From contig CAYSAT010000002.1 in NCBI GenBank assembly GCA_964429035.1, positions 26,626 through 90,625 of the forward strand: DNA of 64,000 nt, in the 5' to 3' direction. The position numbers and the translations under genes are program-made. The number at the start of each line of letters is the position of its first letter. Position 1 is the stretch's first letter. This DNA comes from an uncultured Candidatus Cloacimonadota bacterium. GTDB lineage: Bacteria > Cloacimonadota > Cloacimonadia > Cloacimonadales > Cloacimonadaceae. Shown one piece after another: positions 52,820 to 61,002 of the stretch. The notes under the pieces are model-generated. The model was not told the origin of the DNA. It saw nothing but the letters and a program-made list of their open reading frames with translations, and searched no databases.

Positions 52820-55333
52820 TCAGCGCAGCAGGGCGATCTTGCCAGACCGGCGCTGGCCTTTGGCGTCGTTCACCACCACGTAGTAAACACCGCTGCCGCA
52901 CTTCTTCCCTTTAGCGTTCTGGCCGTTCCATTCAAAACGCGAAAATTCGTTCTCATCCAAAATGATCACCAACGCTCCGGAAGCGTCGTAAATCCGGCAC
53001 TGATTGGTGCCGCGGGGCATGATTTCGCTGGGGAAATTGCTGATGACCAAGGTGCTTTTGCCATCCGGACGGAAGGGATTGGGGTAGATCTTGAGAGTCT
53101 CCAGAGCGGTTTCCGGCTTGATCGTCCGGCCGATGGTTAGCGTATTCAAGCCATCCGGAGTGCCGATCAACAGCAAGCCCTCGGTGGGTTGGTAACCCAG
53201 GGCGGTGATATAGTTGGAAAGCAGGGGCGAGTTGTCCTGATAGTAGTTCGTAAACCGTTCAGTCTGGGGGTCATACATGCTGATCCCGTGCTCCAAACTG
53301 CCGATCCAGACGCGGTTGAAAGGATCGAGGAAGATCGCCGTGGGTGTGGTGCGCACCGACCCGTAGAGCCGTTCTTCGTCCACGTAATAGAGTAGGTCGT
53401 TGTTCCAAAGGTTGGTGGAGGTGTTATAGATGAAGCGTTTGACCGAGGTGTCCCACTTATACCAGAAAGCCTCGTCCCACATGAACAATCCGGTGCTGGC
53501 GGCGATCCAATGCTGCGTTCCCTCATAGGGGCTTTCCACAGAAACCACGCCGTAAACCTCGCAATTGTTCAGGTCTGAAGGCGGCGGAACGATCCAATGG
53601 TCGCCATTGGTGGCAGGGATGGAGTCGTCGTTCCAGATCACGAGGCCGCGGTCGCTTTCCGTGCCGATAAAGTATTGTCGCCCGTTGTGGAAACTGAAGG
53701 TGGAACGCTGAAACACGCTGTTGGGGATCGTGAATGTGCCCACCAGGCTGTCCGCCGCGTTGAACACGCTGAAACCGTCGTCGTAGCAGGCCACAAGCAT
53801 GTTGCCGTGTGAATCGCGGGACACATGCGTCGAGGTGTCGCCCAAAAGGGTTGGCGAGCCTGGAATGACGTCTCCCCACTCTGTGGTCTCCGCGTCCCAA
53901 ACCCTTATCCCATCGCTGTCGAGGAGTTTCCAGGCCCCGGTGGTTTCATCATAGATGGTCAGGCCGTTGTCCCAGTCCAGAGGGCTGCCTGTGGTTACGT
54001 CGTAGGTGCCGAACCATTTGCGGTTGTGGCTGTCCACGGTCACGCTAAGTACGTTATCCGTATGGATGGGGCTGTTGCCGGTGGTGAAGGTTTGCCATTC
54101 CCCGTCCAGATAGCGGCTGGTTCCCAGCGCGCTTTTCTTGAGCGGCAGATGGTTGATGTTCCCGCTGGAAAACCAGGCGGCGTGGTTGGCGTCCGTGGTG
54201 ATCTGGCGGATCTTGGGAAAGCCGATGGAATTGGGCTGAAAGCGCACCCACATATCCAATTGCCGCTTGTTTGTGTTGTCGGCCCAAAGGTCCTGATAGG
54301 TATAGATTCCGTCGCCCCAGGTGCAAAGATAGACGACGCGTCCGTTGGGAGAAGGGACGATGCGGCTGACGCTTTTGCTTCCGAGTCCGGACTCGCCGGC
54401 ACTCCAATGCTTGATGTAGCCGCTGGTATCGATGCTGGTGAGCAGCGTGTCGGAACTGCGTGAATATGCCAGGAAATCCTCGTTCCACAGGCCATAGGAA
54501 ACCCACACGGTGTTCCAGTGATCCACGCAAGCGCTGGATATCACGTCGCCGAGCAGGCCCTGGCTGGAAGAAATGGTCTGCCAGCCATCGCTCCAGGGAT
54601 CGCTGGAATGCAGATACACCGCGGAGGATGTGGCAACCACCAGTTTCTGCTCGTTGATGGCGAGTTTGTTCTGGAAACCAATGGGAATCGGCGCGCCCTG
54701 GAACCGGTGCCAGGCGGAATCGACGTCCAGGGAATCCACATGCACGAAATTCACGCCCGCTGTGCTGCTCAGAAACAGGTAATCGTTTTCAGCCAGGGCG
54801 AGGGCGTCGATCTGGTTGTTAAGCAGGCCCCCGTTGGTGTTTTCCGCGCTGTAAAGATGCAGCAGCAGAGGGAAGTTTACGCCTTCCAGGTAATAGTAGG
54901 AAGCCAAACCGTTGGCTGTGGCCACCAGGATGTTGGATCCGTGCTCCACGATGCCGGTCACACGGTTGGAAGGCAGGCCCAGCTCCGTGTTCAATTGCTG
55001 GATGCCCAAAGGGCTAACGATGCTGATGCCGTCGAAAGCGCTGCCCAGCCACAGACTTTGGGAAGCGCTGATGTATTCGATATTGCGCACGTCGTTGGAA
55101 GCCAGGCCGTCTGCCGTGGTCCAGATCCTCTTTTGCTCCAGGGCGCTCTGGTTATCGATGCTGGATGGCGTAAGGCCGAGCTGCAGCACTCCGCCCCAAG
55201 TGGAAAAATAAACGTCTTCGCCCTGAACCATCAGGTCATAAACGTGGCTGGTATTGGTCACGGTCTGCCATTTCGCGGCATGCAAGGCCAGGCAGCAGAT
55301 TCCCGCCGCCAAAAGCGTCAAAACTCTCTTCAT
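52820..55333 (-). CDS. Secreted beta-propeller-repeat protein with T9SS-type C-terminal sorting domain
   Basis: 837 aa. Signal peptide MKRVLTLLAAGICCLALHA. Repeated W/G/D-rich blades resemble two-component-regulator propeller repeats. The C-terminus is LKIYPNPFRPDGKSTLVISNFP...GSGVYYVVVNDAKGQRRSGKIALLR (Por_Secre_tail/FlgD-Ig-like). Confidence 0.65.
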   Translation of the reverse strand: MKRVLTLLAAGICCLALHAAKWQTVTNTSHVYDLMVQGEDVYFSTWGGVLQLGLTPSSIDNQSALEQKRIWTTADGLASNDVRNIEYISASQSLWLGSAFDGISIVSPLGIQQLNTELGLPSNRVTGIVEHGSNILVATANGLASYYYLEGVNFPLLLHLYSAENTNGGLLNNQIDALALAENDYLFLSSTAGVNFVHVDSLDVDSAWHRFQGAPIPIGFQNKLAINEQKLVVATSSAVYLHSSDPWSDGWQTISSSQGLLGDVISSACVDHWNTVWVSYGLWNEDFLAYSRSSDTLLTSIDTSGYIKHWSAGESGLGSKSVSRIVPSPNGRVVYLCTWGDGIYTYQDLWADNTNKRQLDMWVRFQPNSIGFPKIRQITTDANHAAWFSSGNINHLPLKKSALGTSRYLDGEWQTFTTGNSPIHTDNVLSVTVDSHNRKWFGTYDVTTGSPLDWDNGLTIYDETTGAWKLLDSDGIRVWDAETTEWGDVIPGSPTLLGDTSTHVSRDSHGNMLVACYDDGFSVFNAADSLVGTFTIPNSVFQRSTFSFHNGRQYFIGTESDRGLVIWNDDSIPATNGDHWIVPPPSDLNNCEVYGVVSVESPYEGTQHWIAASTGLFMWDEAFWYKWDTSVKRFIYNTSTNLWNNDLLYYVDEERLYGSVRTTPTAIFLDPFNRVWIGSLEHGISMYDPQTERFTNYYQDNSPLLSNYITALGYQPTEGLLLIGTPDGLNTLTIGRTIKPETALETLKIYPNPFRPDGKSTLVISNFPSEIMPRGTNQCRIYDASGALVIILDENEFSRFEWNGQNAKGKKCGSGVYYVVVNDAKGQRRSGKIALLR

Positions 55334-56379
55334 TTTTTTCTCCCCTGCCGCATCAAAATGTATGCCACCACCACCATCAGCATCAACAGCCCCAGCAGCA
55401 CCAGGAACAGGATCTTTTTGGAGGAAAAGGAAAAGCCGATGGCGATGAGGCCAAACAGCAGCGTCACAATATACACGATAAGCGAAATCGCCCTTTGGGA
55501 AAGGCCGAGGGCCAGCATGGCGTGATGCAGGTGCGCTTTGTCGGCGGCGAATATGCTGCCCACGCGAAAACGCCGGAACACCGCCAGCGCCATGTCGATC
55601 AAGGGAATGGAAAGCACCGCCAGCGGAATGAGCAGGGTCATGGAGGTGATGCCCTTGAATTGCGTGGTCCCCGCAGTGGCAATGGCGGCGATGACCAGGC
55701 CGTTGAATTGCGCTCCGGTGTCGCCCAAAAAGATCCTGGCCGGATAGAAATTGAAGCGCAGGAAGGCCAGGTTTCCCGCCAGCAGAAAGGCGGAAAGCGC
55801 GCTCACCACGATATTCTGTTCCTTGATCCCCACGATCAGCAGCACCGCGCAGACGATCACGCAGATACCGGTGGCCAGGCCGTCGATGCCGTCGATCAGG
55901 TTGATCGCGTTCAGCACCACCAGATACCAGATCAAGGTGGCCGGAAAGGACAGCCAGCCGAGCACGAACTCCGCCCCGAAAGGATTGGTGAGGGTATTCA
56001 CGCGGAAGCCGATCACATACATGATCACGCCCACAGCCAGTTGCCAGACCAGTTTGTAGCGCACCCGGCTTTCATAGCGGTCGTCCAGCACGCCGAAAAC
56101 CAGGGTCAGGCAGCCCACTCCCGCTAGTAGCATCAGCATGCGGCCCAGTACGTCCGGCAGCAAACCCAGCCCCAAGCCCAGCATTGCCAAAACGGCAGGC
56201 ACAGCGAAGGAAAGTCCGCCCGCTTCAGGCCTGGCCTGGGCATGGATCTTGCGCTCGCTGGGTTGGGCTATGATGCCGTGCTTGTTGGACCAGCGGATAT
56301 TGATGGGCGCCAGCAAGTGCGTGAGCAGGTGGATACCCGCGGCGTAAAGGACTATCTGCAGAACCACGCTGTGCGTCAC
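55330..56379 (-). CDS. Polyprenyl-phosphate HexNAc-1-phosphate transferase (MraY/WecA/WbpL family, GT4 of the PNPT superfamily)
   Basis: 349 aa polytopic; FGVLDDRY and NAINLIDGIDGLATG motifs. GTGA overlap with the upstream gene and ATGA overlap with the downstream gene. Confidence 0.85.
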   Translation of the reverse strand: MTHSVVLQIVLYAAGIHLLTHLLAPINIRWSNKHGIIAQPSERKIHAQARPEAGGLSFAVPAVLAMLGLGLGLLPDVLGRMLMLLAGVGCLTLVFGVLDDRYESRVRYKLVWQLAVGVIMYVIGFRVNTLTNPFGAEFVLGWLSFPATLIWYLVVLNAINLIDGIDGLATGICVIVCAVLLIVGIKEQNIVVSALSAFLLAGNLAFLRFNFYPARIFLGDTGAQFNGLVIAAIATAGTTQFKGITSMTLLIPLAVLSIPLIDMALAVFRRFRVGSIFAADKAHLHHAMLALGLSQRAISLIVYIVTLLFGLIAIGFSFSSKKILFLVLLGLLMLMVVVAYILMRQGRKK

Positions 56380-57518
56380 GAGCCTTCCCCCGCTTGGGAA
56401 AAATCCTGCCTGTAGATGCCCAGATAGCCTTGCACCATCTGTTCATAATCGCAGAGGGAACTGATGCGCTGCGCCGCGTACTGCCCTTTGGCGAAGGTTT
56501 CGCTGGCTTGCCGCGCCATCAGCTGCAGCGTTTGAATGAGGGCCTTGTGATCTTCCAGGGCCACCAGCCAGCCGCTGCCCTCATCCACCAATTCCGCGAT
56601 GGATGGTATGCGCGAGCCCAGCACAGCAAGGCCCGAGCGCATCGCTTCGATGATGCTGAAAGGTTGGGCTTCCCAGCGCGAATAGAGCACAAAGGCGTCA
56701 AACCTGGCCAGCCAGGGCAAAACGTCCGTATCCCAACCCGGTAGAAGCACGCGCTCGTTCAAGCCATGCGAATGCACGATCTGCCGGCAAAGGTCCAGAT
56801 ATTCGCCTTCGCCCAACAGGATGAAGCGCAGGCGCGGATCCTGTGTGCAAGCCCGGCAAGCAGCGCTGACCAGGTTTACCACGTTCTTTTGCCGGGAAAA
56901 ACGCAAGGTGGAACCGAACACGAAATCCGGCTTGCGCGCATCGAAAACGCGGCTTTCAGAAATCCCGGCAAGCCGGGCTGCAAGAGGGCCGGGCAGGGCG
57001 TTGTAGAATGTCAGGGCTTTCTGGGACTCCAGCAAACCCAGTTCAACGCACTTGATCCGGTCGGAGTTATTCACGAAAACCACGCGATCGCACAATGTGT
57101 TGCCCAGGCGTTCCATGGCCCGGTAAAACGCCTGCGTAAGCATGCCCTGGCCATCCTGAAAAGCTGTTCCGTGCACCGTGTGCAGGATGGTGGGCACCCG
57201 GCAGAGTCTGGCCGCCAGGCGTCCCAAGAGGCCGGGCTTGGAAGAATTGGTGTGCACGATGTCGAAGCGGTGGCGCCGCATGATCCACAGCAATTCCAGG
57301 AAGGCGAGGATGTCGCGCGGCGAAACCGGATGACGCAGATTCCGCACCGGAATGTAGTTGTAACCCCGGGCTCGGACCGCCTCCACAAATTCCCCTCCGG
57401 GCTGGCAAGCCACCCAGATCTCGAATTCTCCTTCCGGAAGCCCTTCCAGCAAGCGCAGGCTGAAATTCTGCACACCGGTGAGCAGAGGCAAAAGTTGCAA
57501 ATGGAGGAGTTTTTTCAC
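56376..57518 (-). CDS. Glycosyltransferase family 4
   Basis: 380 aa; E-x7-E motif (WEAQPFSIIEAMRSG). GTG start overlapping the upstream stop (GTGA). Confidence 0.85.
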   Translation of the reverse strand: MKKLLHLQLLPLLTGVQNFSLRLLEGLPEGEFEIWVACQPGGEFVEAVRARGYNYIPVRNLRHPVSPRDILAFLELLWIMRRHRFDIVHTNSSKPGLLGRLAARLCRVPTILHTVHGTAFQDGQGMLTQAFYRAMERLGNTLCDRVVFVNNSDRIKCVELGLLESQKALTFYNALPGPLAARLAGISESRVFDARKPDFVFGSTLRFSRQKNVVNLVSAACRACTQDPRLRFILLGEGEYLDLCRQIVHSHGLNERVLLPGWDTDVLPWLARFDAFVLYSRWEAQPFSIIEAMRSGLAVLGSRIPSIAELVDEGSGWLVALEDHKALIQTLQLMARQASETFAKGQYAAQRISSLCDYEQMVQGYLGIYRQDFSQAGEGS

Positions 57519-59182
57519 GCGTCCTTGTTCAGCCGGATCACCGCTATGGAGCCGGCTTTGACGTTGCTGAAGCGGATCAAACTGCCGTCCAGTTTTCCGG
57601 GCACGCCTTCGATTTCCTTGATTTTGGCGTCGTTATAGATCTGCAGGCTCAGCTGGTCCAGGTCGTCGGGAAAATACACGCTGATCTCGAATTCGCCCTC
57701 GTCGATCGTCACCCGGCTGCGTTTTTCCCACCAGGAGGTGATTTCCTGCGCGGTCGCCACCCACAGTTTGCTGGCTTTGATGAGGGCGAGGATGTAGGCA
57801 TACAGCTTGTGGCAGTAATGGATGTCGGTATAGCTGGCCAGGCTGAAATCCAGCCCGAAAACGCCTCTCGTCCGGATCGTGCTTTGCAAAAACTTCTTCA
57901 GCAGATGCTTGGCGGCGTCCAATTGCAGATATTTGTAGCGGCTCACTTTCAGCTGCCCGTCGTGGAACACCGTCGGCAATTCCCAGTAGCCGGCATTCAA
58001 ACCCGCTATCCATGGCTGCCAGGGCACGGACAGCCCATTGGGATACCCCGGCGTTTCCTTGCGGGCGGTGCTTTGGCTGAAAGCGGGCGCCAGCTTGGCG
58101 TGCAGGTCGCGCAGCGTGCCGCTGGCCTGGAAGTTCAGTTGCCGGATTCCCAGTTGCTCCTTGTGCAGTTGGTGCAGCATGATCTGTTTGCGGGTCACGA
58201 ACTCGTCGCGGCTAAGTTTGGCGGAAGATAGGAGCAGCCCCACGTCGAAGCCGCCGCGCAGAAGTTGCTGGATCTCCTCTTGCAGGTCGGGATCGTCGAG
58301 GTTGTAGGGTATGAATTCATCCTTGTCCGCCGCGATGTAAAAGGTGCTGCGGCAGTTTGCGTCCTTCTCCAGTTCGCGGAATTCCTCGAAATTCCAGTAT
58401 AGTTCTTCGTTGGTGAACAGGTAGCGGAACTTGCCTTTCAGCGTATGCAGCAATTGCTTGAAGTTCAGGCTGAACAGCAGCACCAGATCGCTGGCCACGG
58501 AAAGGATCAGCGAGGAATAGTTCCATTTCTGCAGATTGTCCACGGTATGGGAAAGCGTCGCCGCGGCTTGCTGAGCGTCCGGCCAGTAGTGCTTCTGGAC
58601 GATGTAGATGCCCTTGGCTCGCGTATGTTCCTTGATCATGCTGTCGATCAGCCACAGCAGGTTGTCCACGTAGGGGGTTTCCCGGAAGGGGTGGAAAACG
58701 CTGGATTCTTCGGGGTACAATCCCTCCGCATTCCGGGTTCCGTCGATCTGGGGCTCCAGCTCCGCCAGATGGAAAAACACGTTGCCCACCAGGTCGAAAT
58801 TGATCTTGCCGGCGTGGATGCTGCTGTCGGAATAGCTCTCCGCGGGATAATCGAATTTGCGGACGCTGATCACCGGAGTGGGCGAAAGCAGCTTGATCGT
58901 CCGCAACGACCGCCGCAGCTTTTCCACGTTGTAGGCCTTGGGGTCAAACAGGTCGGGATCGCTTTGGATGAAGATGGTGGTGTAATGCTGCGCGATGCCC
59001 TTCAATTCCTCCACCGTGGGATCGGTGTACCCGTAGATGAAGAGGATGTCGTTTTCCTTCAGCTGGCCGGTTTCTGCGATGAAGCAGAAACTGTAGCCCA
59101 GCGTCTGGAAAATGTAGCTGAAAGCATACTTTATCTCGTGCTGAAACCGGGTCAGCTTATAGTCTATGAAGATCGAGATCAT
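57515..59182 (-). CDS. Hypothetical protein, first gene of the GT4/WecA-like operon (possible carbohydrate-esterase-like fold, unverified)
   Basis: 555 aa with coding-like composition, translationally coupled to the GT4 gene. ATLSHTVDNL faintly resembles the (T/S)HD(V/I)D motif of some polysaccharide deacetylase-like families. This is not enough for a call. Confidence 0.45.
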   Translation of the reverse strand: MISIFIDYKLTRFQHEIKYAFSYIFQTLGYSFCFIAETGQLKENDILFIYGYTDPTVEELKGIAQHYTTIFIQSDPDLFDPKAYNVEKLRRSLRTIKLLSPTPVISVRKFDYPAESYSDSSIHAGKINFDLVGNVFFHLAELEPQIDGTRNAEGLYPEESSVFHPFRETPYVDNLLWLIDSMIKEHTRAKGIYIVQKHYWPDAQQAAATLSHTVDNLQKWNYSSLILSVASDLVLLFSLNFKQLLHTLKGKFRYLFTNEELYWNFEEFRELEKDANCRSTFYIAADKDEFIPYNLDDPDLQEEIQQLLRGGFDVGLLLSSAKLSRDEFVTRKQIMLHQLHKEQLGIRQLNFQASGTLRDLHAKLAPAFSQSTARKETPGYPNGLSVPWQPWIAGLNAGYWELPTVFHDGQLKVSRYKYLQLDAAKHLLKKFLQSTIRTRGVFGLDFSLASYTDIHYCHKLYAYILALIKASKLWVATAQEITSWWEKRSRVTIDEGEFEISVYFPDDLDQLSLQIYNDAKIKEIEGVPGKLDGSLIRFSNVKAGSIAVIRLNKDA

Positions 59183-59400
59183 GCTGTGACATTACCACCA
59201 ATTTAGTTTTTACCCTTCAATTTGGATTTTTGCCCTGTGTCAAGGAAAATCGTCATCCTGGGCAAAGCACTCCACTTTCCGGTGTTCTGGGCAAACTTTC
59301 CTGACACAAGGCGCGTGGTGTGGAAATGTTCATCCGATGTGAATAAAGACACTGCATTGCACCTGGGTTAACCCAAAAATAGTTCAGTAATGAGAGAAGC

Positions 59401-60129
59401 ATGGATGACAAGTTGATGAGCGCATACGAATGGCGAAGACTCAAGCCAGCTGGCAAAATCGGCAGTAGATCCCTCTGCCTGCTTGTCTTGATAAGTATTA
59501 TTCTGCTGTGCGGTTCTTGCGAAAAGGACCAGATCACGGGGCTGGATCTGACCTCCAACGACTATACGGACGCATTCACCTATGTCCTCAGCATTTCCAT
59601 CAACGACGCAAGGCTACGCTGCCCCCTCGGCGAACTTCCCGGCATTTTGACGATCAATGGCAGAACCTTTGGCGAAGAGTATTGGTGGCTTTCCTCTCAA
59701 ACTGCACATCACGTGTATTACGAATACCCGAATATCTACGGCGGCGAGTCCGTTTTCCGGGATACGACGGACTACACGCTAACCAAAGATGGCAAGACCT
59801 ATTCCGGCAGGATCATCCAGCCCGGAGCCCCCATCATGAACATGCCCGAATTCGAGCTGGGGGAGGATTACTCATTCAGCTGGACTGCCGATCCCCAACC
59901 CCTATATTTTCGGCTCAACCTCTATTTCCTGGACGAGCATCCGGACAGAATTATCCAACTGCCGGGCCGGAAACGCAGCTATACCGTGGACAGATCGCCT
60001 TGGGTAGGCGCAGATTGGTACATCTTCAACGTTGTGATGGAATCAATCACCTATAATGCCCACGCCAAAGACCTTCTGGTGATCCAAAGCAGCGGCACGG
60101 TCGGGAACTGGGTAATGCCGCCGGAATAG
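59401..60129 (+). CDS. Hypothetical secreted protein or lipoprotein
   Basis: 242 aa. The N-terminal SRSLCLLVLISIILLCGSCEKDQ looks like a signal peptide with a Cys-containing cleavage region. No recognisable domain. The overlapping ORF 59508..60056 in another frame is Arg/Pro-rich and rejected. Confidence 0.5.
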   Translation: MDDKLMSAYEWRRLKPAGKIGSRSLCLLVLISIILLCGSCEKDQITGLDLTSNDYTDAFTYVLSISINDARLRCPLGELPGILTINGRTFGEEYWWLSSQTAHHVYYEYPNIYGGESVFRDTTDYTLTKDGKTYSGRIIQPGAPIMNMPEFELGEDYSFSWTADPQPLYFRLNLYFLDEHPDRIIQLPGRKRSYTVDRSPWVGADWYIFNVVMESITYNAHAKDLLVIQSSGTVGNWVMPPE

Positions 60130-60205
60130 CAGCCCGGCCGGAAACCCTTGGTGGCCAAAAGTCTGTAGTCAGATTACAAGTATTTGGGAACGGTCTGACG
60201 TGATT

Positions 60206-60292
60206 CTCCCGCGACCATTACGCGATCAATGCGCGGTCATTACGGGCAAAGCGCGCAATGACCGCGCATTGATCGCGTAATGGTCGCGGGAG
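60206..60292. repeat. Perfect 36-bp inverted repeat (87-bp palindromic element, family copy B)
   Basis: Left arm 60206-60241 (ctcccgcgaccattacgcgatcaatgcgcggtcatt) is the exact reverse complement of right arm 60257-60292. The 15-nt loop is acgggcaaagcgcgc. It is built from the same CATTACGCG/CAATGCGCG units as 48505..48600. Confidence 0.9.
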
Positions 60293-60481
60293 CGGAATTC
60301 ATAAAGGCTCTCTTTCAAACCGAGTGGGTAACTGGGGAATCTAGCATGCTGGCAAACCCGCTTCAGCGGGTGCAGGACGGTAGGCGGGTGATTTATCGCC
60401 CGTGCCAACCGTGACGCCAATTCAATAATAAACCGGTTTCAACCGGTGCAGGACTTCACACGCTTCGACCATGAAAGAGAG

Positions 60482-60822
60482 GGCTCAAGTTCAATTATGG
60501 TGGGTTAAGTATTGGAACAGGTCAATACGGATATTCTGGCTGGATAAGCCCCTCGGGGGCGAAAAAACTTAGCCCACAGTGGAGCGACCGGGTCCTCATC
60601 ATCATGCGCAGCATGGTGATGGGGTGGTCTGCGGAACTGTGGGATATGGGCAAACAATGAATCTAGCCCCTTGTGGGCGACACAAAGATAAGTCTGATTG
60701 TGTCGCCCACAAGGGGCTTCGCTGGGGATATTGGTATCACGAGTCCCACAGTTCCGCTGCGCTCCACTGTGGGCTAAGTTTTTTCGCCCTCCGGGCTTAC
60801 CCACCATAATTGAACTTGAGCC
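60482..60822. repeat. 341-bp nested palindromic element with 24-bp perfect terminal inverted repeats (MITE-like or structured RNA)
   Basis: TIR GGCTCAAGTTCAATTATGGTGGGT 60482-60505 pairs with 60799-60822. Inner arms are 60546-60586/60760-60798 (near-perfect) and 60631-60643/60745-60757 (13/13). The central hairpin is 60665-60685/60698-60718 (21/21) with a 12-nt loop. Confidence 0.8.
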
Positions 60823-60916
60823 AAAATCTGTTACCGATGCCTCCGGTCTAAAGTGTTACCGATGTCTAGTCTGAACATTCTGTAGTTATCCGAATAGCGC
60901 ACTCTGGTCGTACTTA

Positions 60917-60951
60917 CCCAAAACAACAACCCCGGAATCGCTTCCGGGGTT
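60917..60951 (-). terminator. Rho-independent terminator of the large surface-protein gene
   Basis: AACCCCGGAA (60928-60937), loop tcgc, TTCCGGGGTT (60942-60951) form a 10-bp GC-rich stem. On the minus strand it is followed by GTTGTTGTTTTGGG, ~50 nt after the stop at 61003. Confidence 0.6.
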
Positions 60952-61002
60952 GCCAGACATTCTATCCGCCCAAAAGATTGGACGGTGCGCGCGTACAGCG
61001 CT

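Noticed and set aside
59183-59400. Divergent promoter region with a TTGACA on the minus strand (59241-59236) and a 7-bp inverted repeat TGTGTCA/TGACACA
   Set aside because: No acceptable -10 element lies at 16-18 nt spacing, and the inverted repeat is short and 60 bp apart. This is not supportable as a feature.
60505-60809. Mirror-image ORFs 60505..60807 (-) and 60579..60809 (+), and ORF 60226..60420 (-)
   Set aside because: They lie entirely within palindromic repeat elements, and both mirror ORFs contain the same peptide (CVAHKGL) purely because of DNA symmetry. They have no RBS and non-coding-like composition.
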